The translations under genes and the position numbers were made by a program. Of a stretch of 19,274 bases of DNA, positions 15,670 through 19,274 are shown one piece after another. The notes beneath the pieces are model-generated. The model was not told the origin of the DNA, did not search any database, and saw nothing but the letters and a program-made list of their open reading frames with translations. How positions within the stretch are numbered: the stretch's first letter is position 1; each line of letters opens with the position of its first letter. The DNA is from Thermoproteaceae archaeon. GTDB lineage: Archaea; Thermoproteota; Thermoprotei; Thermoproteales; Thermoproteaceae. Where the stretch lies: positions 1 to 19,274 of the forward strand of contig JAJHRB010000024.1 in NCBI GenBank assembly GCA_020833025.1, written 5' to 3'.

Positions 15670-15840
15670 GCACGGCGCGTTTTGATGCCAGCTTTTTGAG
15701 GGTCCAGAGATCCCAGGGCGGTGAAAGTACGCGGCAAGTGCAGAGGCCTCCGTGTTCTGCCCTGCGGTAAGGGAGCGCCCGGCTTGCCCCGGCCTCAGCT
15801 GCTGGCTGTCCCACCTCGCCCCGACCTCCCATTTTACCAC
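15664..15840 (-). CDS. Candidate 58-aa small ORF
   Basis: GTG...TGA frame MVKWEVGARWDSQQLRPG...; TTATTAAA (15865-15872) lies 24 nt upstream. No family recognised. Confidence 0.3.
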   Translation of the reverse strand: MVKWEVGARWDSQQLRPGQAGRSLTAGQNTEASALAAYFHRPGISGPSKSWHQNAPCS

Positions 15841-15918
15841 TGTTCTTCCTTACGCACTTGAATGTTTAATAACTTGCCGCCCAAGCTTAAGGCAGGGGGC
15901 GCCGGGGATGGAGGGAGG

Positions 15919-15979
15919 CGCGTGATGAGGGCTGGGTTGTTGAGAGTGTAAGAATGATAGCTTAGGAGCCAGCTGACGT
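15919..15979 (+). ncRNA. Box C/D 2'-O-methylation guide sRNA
   Basis: C box GTGATGA (15922-15928), 11-nt guide, D' TTGA (15940-15943), C'-like ATGATAG (15954-15960), 12-nt guide, D box CTGA (15973-15976). Intergenic, about 55 nt, with TATA-like GCTTAAG at 15885-15891. Ends are approximate. Confidence 0.8.
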
Positions 15980-16013
15980 TGCGCAATTTTAATAACTCTG
16001 TGCTGTCACCTCT

Positions 16014-16613
16014 GTGCTCTCTTGCGTTACTGATAAATTTCTAGTCTGCTCGCCGGAGGTGGACGAGGAGAGACTGCTCGAGAGAGTGGCGAGAATAGAA
16101 TATAGTCTAAGCGCATCGCCGTACGACTTAGTGAAGCTCGCCGTTGCGTTTGGTGCGGATCCAGGCAGAGCAAAGCAAAAGCTCGGCGTTGAGATTTCGG
16201 GCCATGTGAAGAAACCGGTGGCCGCATTCCTCGCGACGTACAGCAGGATTCACGGCCACAGCAGAGTTGAAAAAGAGTTGCTCGAGCTTTACGCGGCTAT
16301 GAGGGGGCGTTGCGTGTGCCCGGCAGGTCCCGTAGTGCCCGTGGGCGGCGGTAAGTATCTCGTGCAGAGGGCGGGCGGTATTTACATGTGCGATGACTCT
16401 TGCTCCGAGCTAGCGCCGGCGCCGATATTGCTTTATGAGCACCCGAGCGGCTGCATGCTGCACAGCCCGCCGCTGGCGCTCGTGGGACAGCCCGTGGCCG
16501 CCGTGATTGATGCGTTGAAGAAGCTCAACGTTGCCGAACCTGAGCTTGTTGCGAGATTCCTGCTCCCCGGAATCTGCAGGGACGTGCTCGGCATTTACAT
16601 ACCGCCGTCTTAA
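16014..16613 (+). CDS. Hypothetical protein (199 aa, Cys-containing)
   Basis: GTG 19 nt below TTTTAATA (15987-15994); 4-nt gap to the RimK-family gene. Confidence 0.8.
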   Translation: MLSCVTDKFLVCSPEVDEERLLERVARIEYSLSASPYDLVKLAVAFGADPGRAKQKLGVEISGHVKKPVAAFLATYSRIHGHSRVEKELLELYAAMRGRCVCPAGPVVPVGGGKYLVQRAGGIYMCDDSCSELAPAPILLYEHPSGCMLHSPPLALVGQPVAAVIDALKKLNVAEPELVARFLLPGICRDVLGIYIPPS

Positions 16614-16617
16614 TACG

Positions 16618-17517
16618 GTGAGGATAGGCATACTCAGGCCCTACGAGGTAGAGTTTAATCCTGGCGACATTCTCGACCTGAAAAATGCAATAGAGCGGCG
16701 GGGGCACAGACCGGTTGATATTTACATAGATGCGCTTGAGGTGCAAATAGAGACCGGCTCCGTGCGTGTGAGTCACGCTGTGGGGCGCGAAGTGCCGCAG
16801 GATGTGAGAGTGCCAGGCGCGATACTGCGCCACCTCGGAATATCACGCGATTTTGAGCAGCTCCTCTACAGGGTGTGGGCAGCAAGGGCGCTTGAGGTGT
16901 GTGGGGTGTACGTGATGAACCCGGTCACGCGGTGGCTCATTGCTGGCGACAAGATGGCGGCATTGATCGAGCTGTCGAGAGCCGGCCTCCCTGTGCCGCC
17001 TACTGTAGTGACCGAGAACATGTTTGCCGGCTATAGGGCAGTGAGCAAGTTCCGCCGCGCGGTGATAAAACAGCTGAGAGGCGCCATGGGCTACGGGGTC
17101 TTCCTCGTCGACGATCCGGATGTCGCATTTCACATATTCTCCATGTTTGCAAATATTAACAAGCCAATTTACGTACAAAAGTTCCTAGAAAAGGGCGCGG
17201 GGGACTACAGAGTCGTGGTGGTAGGAGGCCGGGCTTTGGGGGCAGTATACAGGAGGGCGGCCATATGGAAAACAAACGTCGCGCAGGGAGCAGTGCCGGA
17301 GCCCGCGAGACTGACTCCGCAGCTTGAGGAGCTCGCAACGAGAGCTGTGGAGGTGCTCGGCCTGGATTACGGAGGCGTTGACATTGCCGAGACTCGGGAC
17401 GGGTATTACATTCTCGAGGTAAACCCCACAATGAGCTGGCAGGGCTTTAAGGCCGCAACAGGCATTAACCCGGCGGATCACATCATGGACTACTTGTTGG
17501 AGAAGTTGCGAAAATAA
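16618..17517 (+). CDS. RimK/LysX-family ATP-grasp amide ligase
   Basis: NP....AGDK, AGLPVP.T, IKQLRGAMG.GV, YVQKFL, DYRVVVVGG, WKTNVAQG, GLDYGGVDI, ILEVNP. GTG 16618 preferred over 16531. Confidence 0.92.
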   Translation: MRIGILRPYEVEFNPGDILDLKNAIERRGHRPVDIYIDALEVQIETGSVRVSHAVGREVPQDVRVPGAILRHLGISRDFEQLLYRVWAARALEVCGVYVMNPVTRWLIAGDKMAALIELSRAGLPVPPTVVTENMFAGYRAVSKFRRAVIKQLRGAMGYGVFLVDDPDVAFHIFSMFANINKPIYVQKFLEKGAGDYRVVVVGGRALGAVYRRAAIWKTNVAQGAVPEPARLTPQLEELATRAVEVLGLDYGGVDIAETRDGYYILEVNPTMSWQGFKAATGINPADHIMDYLLEKLRK

Positions 17518-17720
17518 ACTAGGCCGCGCACTACTACCCGCAGTTCGGGCGCTCGCGCCTGGCAGCTGCACCCTCAGCCGCCCCAGGGCTCCTGAAGGCG
17601 CGTGCAGAGTTTCAAAAGTGAGCCGGCAGCGAGCGAGGGGTGCGCTGGGGACGTGTTGGTGATTCCTGACGCGCGGCTGCGGCTAGCAGTGGGAGGTGGA
17701 GGCCGGAGATGTATGCGGTT

Positions 17721-19250
17721 TTACGCTAGGCGTGGGTTTCTGCGAGAGGCGAAAAATGCAAGCGTGTATATCGCCGCCACCAGCGGCATTGCGGCACTGA
17801 CCGCGAGCGTGAAATTCCAAGTGCATAGTGCAGCGGCTAGGGTGGCTGCCAGCACGGCGACAAAGCCGATCTCGTAGGGCCCCCAGACGCCTCCTCCCAG
17901 CGCCGCGGCACCCTTCGGCGTCACTCGCCACTCTATTCTCTTTCCCAGCAGGCCGAGAACAATGTAAAATACTAGATACGGGCTCAGTGTCAGTAACAGC
18001 GCACCCGATTTGGCAAAACTTAGGAGGACCGAGGGCAGTCTCACGCCGTCTCTCCGCGCGATACTGTAGACGCGGAGTATGTGTACCAGCGTGGCTACGA
18101 AGAGCGCCAGCTGTAAAATTAATACATACAGGGGCGGTAGCAGCACGCCCAAGTAACCCAGAACCAGACTAATCACCACAGAGGCTGTAACTGTAATTAC
18201 CATTAGTGGGTGCGTTGCGACATTCATAAGAATGCTAAATCTGTAGGCAGGCAGGACCCTCAAGTGCCGCAGTATGCTGCCGGCGTACTTTACCAGCAGG
18301 TAAATAGAGTTGTACGTCCACCGGGCGTACTGACGCTTGAACGCATAATAACCCGCCGGGACCCCGACGCGTACGGGCGCTCCGGGCAGATATGTAACAC
18401 GCCCGCCGTGGAGGTAGGCCTTGATCGAGATGTCATAATCGTCTGCAGTGCAGTCACAGAATCCTCCAAGCCGCTTGAAGAACTCCCTCCTGACGGCAAT
18501 GCCGGAGCCGAGCGCCAGTATGGGATGGCCGGCGCCGTGGCGGCCCACTATTGCAACGTGATACAGCAGGTACTTATAAAGAAATAGTAGTAACCTGGCC
18601 AGCGGCGTCTTTACGGACGCGTGGCCGTCCCAGCCGAGAAATACTATTTCGCTCTCTCCTACAGAGCGTGCGCGAGCGCAGAGATCGGGCGGCGGCACGT
18701 CATCCACGTCCAAGAACAGCAGCACTTGCCCGCTCGCGCGCTCGACGGCCCAGTTAAGCGCCGTGCCCTTATATCCAGTTGGGTTGGGCCTCCTCAGCAC
18801 CCTGACATTGTTAAGCCCTAGCGCGTCCACGGCCCTCTTGACCTCCTCAAATCTCCCTGGCGGGTCGTCTGACACGATCAGTATCTCTGAGTTCTGGCAC
18901 TCAAGCGCCGCGAGCCTCTTGACCGACTCAACAACCGTGCTTGTGCTCTCATCTTTCACGGGCACTATGATTGTAAGCCTGTCGCGCGGGGGCGCCGCGC
19001 GCGAGACCGGCGGCGCGGGACTGGTGGCACGCCTGGCGTAGTACATGTAGTGCGCGGCGAGCAGCAGTGCAAGAGCCAGCACGACAGCGTAAGCGCAAAG
19101 CAGGATGTGCAGCAGCCACTCGGGCGCGGCTGGCGCATTCGGCGCTGTCACCGGCCCCTCCCTTGTCTTGTTCAGTAAGCGTACTGCCTCTCGCACTGTC
19201 TTGTTGATCACTTCTGAGTACTGCGAAATATTAAGGCCCGGAGCGGGCAC
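17721..19250 (-). CDS. Membrane-bound GT2 glycosyltransferase (cellulose-synthase-like motifs)
   Basis: IIVPVKDE, VSDD, KGTALN, DVDD (DxD), GSG...RR, TADD, QYARW (QxxRW); one N-terminal and several C-terminal TM segments. The start is near the window edge and uncertain. Confidence 0.92.
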   Translation of the reverse strand: MPAPGLNISQYSEVINKTVREAVRLLNKTREGPVTAPNAPAAPEWLLHILLCAYAVVLALALLLAAHYMYYARRATSPAPPVSRAAPPRDRLTIIVPVKDESTSTVVESVKRLAALECQNSEILIVSDDPPGRFEEVKRAVDALGLNNVRVLRRPNPTGYKGTALNWAVERASGQVLLFLDVDDVPPPDLCARARSVGESEIVFLGWDGHASVKTPLARLLLFLYKYLLYHVAIVGRHGAGHPILALGSGIAVRREFFKRLGGFCDCTADDYDISIKAYLHGGRVTYLPGAPVRVGVPAGYYAFKRQYARWTYNSIYLLVKYAGSILRHLRVLPAYRFSILMNVATHPLMVITVTASVVISLVLGYLGVLLPPLYVLILQLALFVATLVHILRVYSIARRDGVRLPSVLLSFAKSGALLLTLSPYLVFYIVLGLLGKRIEWRVTPKGAAALGGGVWGPYEIGFVAVLAATLAAALCTWNFTLAVSAAMPLVAAIYTLAFFASRRNPRLA

Positions 19251-19274
19251 GTAGCCTCAGTGCTGGCGATATAT

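Noticed and set aside
17518-17720. 200-bp gap between the convergent RimK and GT2 genes (ORF 17602-17877, weak C/D-like boxes)
   Set aside because: No convincing C box, hairpin or protein-like frame was found.
1-19274. CRISPR array or intact provirus/integrase
   Set aside because: No regularly spaced repeats, no direct att repeat of the tRNA 3' end, and no tyrosine-recombinase motifs were seen.

Overview
This is a GC-rich (roughly 60%, estimated by eye) archaeal core-genome segment. Protein sequences, mostly leaderless genes with TATA boxes about 20-25 nt upstream, and a multi-intron tRNA point to Thermoproteaceae (Pyrobaculum-like). Left to right: the 3' fragment of a TnpB/IS605-OrfB-like Zn-ribbon gene colliding with enolase; a minus-strand rps17e-FKBP PPIase-proteasome beta cluster; a plus-strand rpl2-fni-Zn-ribbon protein-tandem MoaC run followed by glyA; an atypical SDR and a divergent CGGC protein; an HhH-GPD-like Fe-S protein, Mrp/NBP35 and MarC; SmAP1-rpl37e, divergent from the structural subunit of the tRNA splicing endonuclease; a hypothetical protein, a stand-alone TGT-C2/PUA protein, MBF1 and HflX; about 500 bp of hairpin-rich, probably decayed DNA; tRNA-Val(CAC) with two non-canonical introns; two small ORFs, a C/D box sRNA, a hypothetical protein, a RimK-family ligase and a GT2 glycosyltransferase. 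The ORF track misses rpl37e, the tRNA and the sRNA. No CRISPR array or intact mobile element was found. I did not find a clearly new multi-gene system. The best leads are the truncated TnpB-like gene, the RNA elements, the split-motif double MoaC and the Fe-S-flavoured cluster. No database searches were run; family calls rest on motif recognition.
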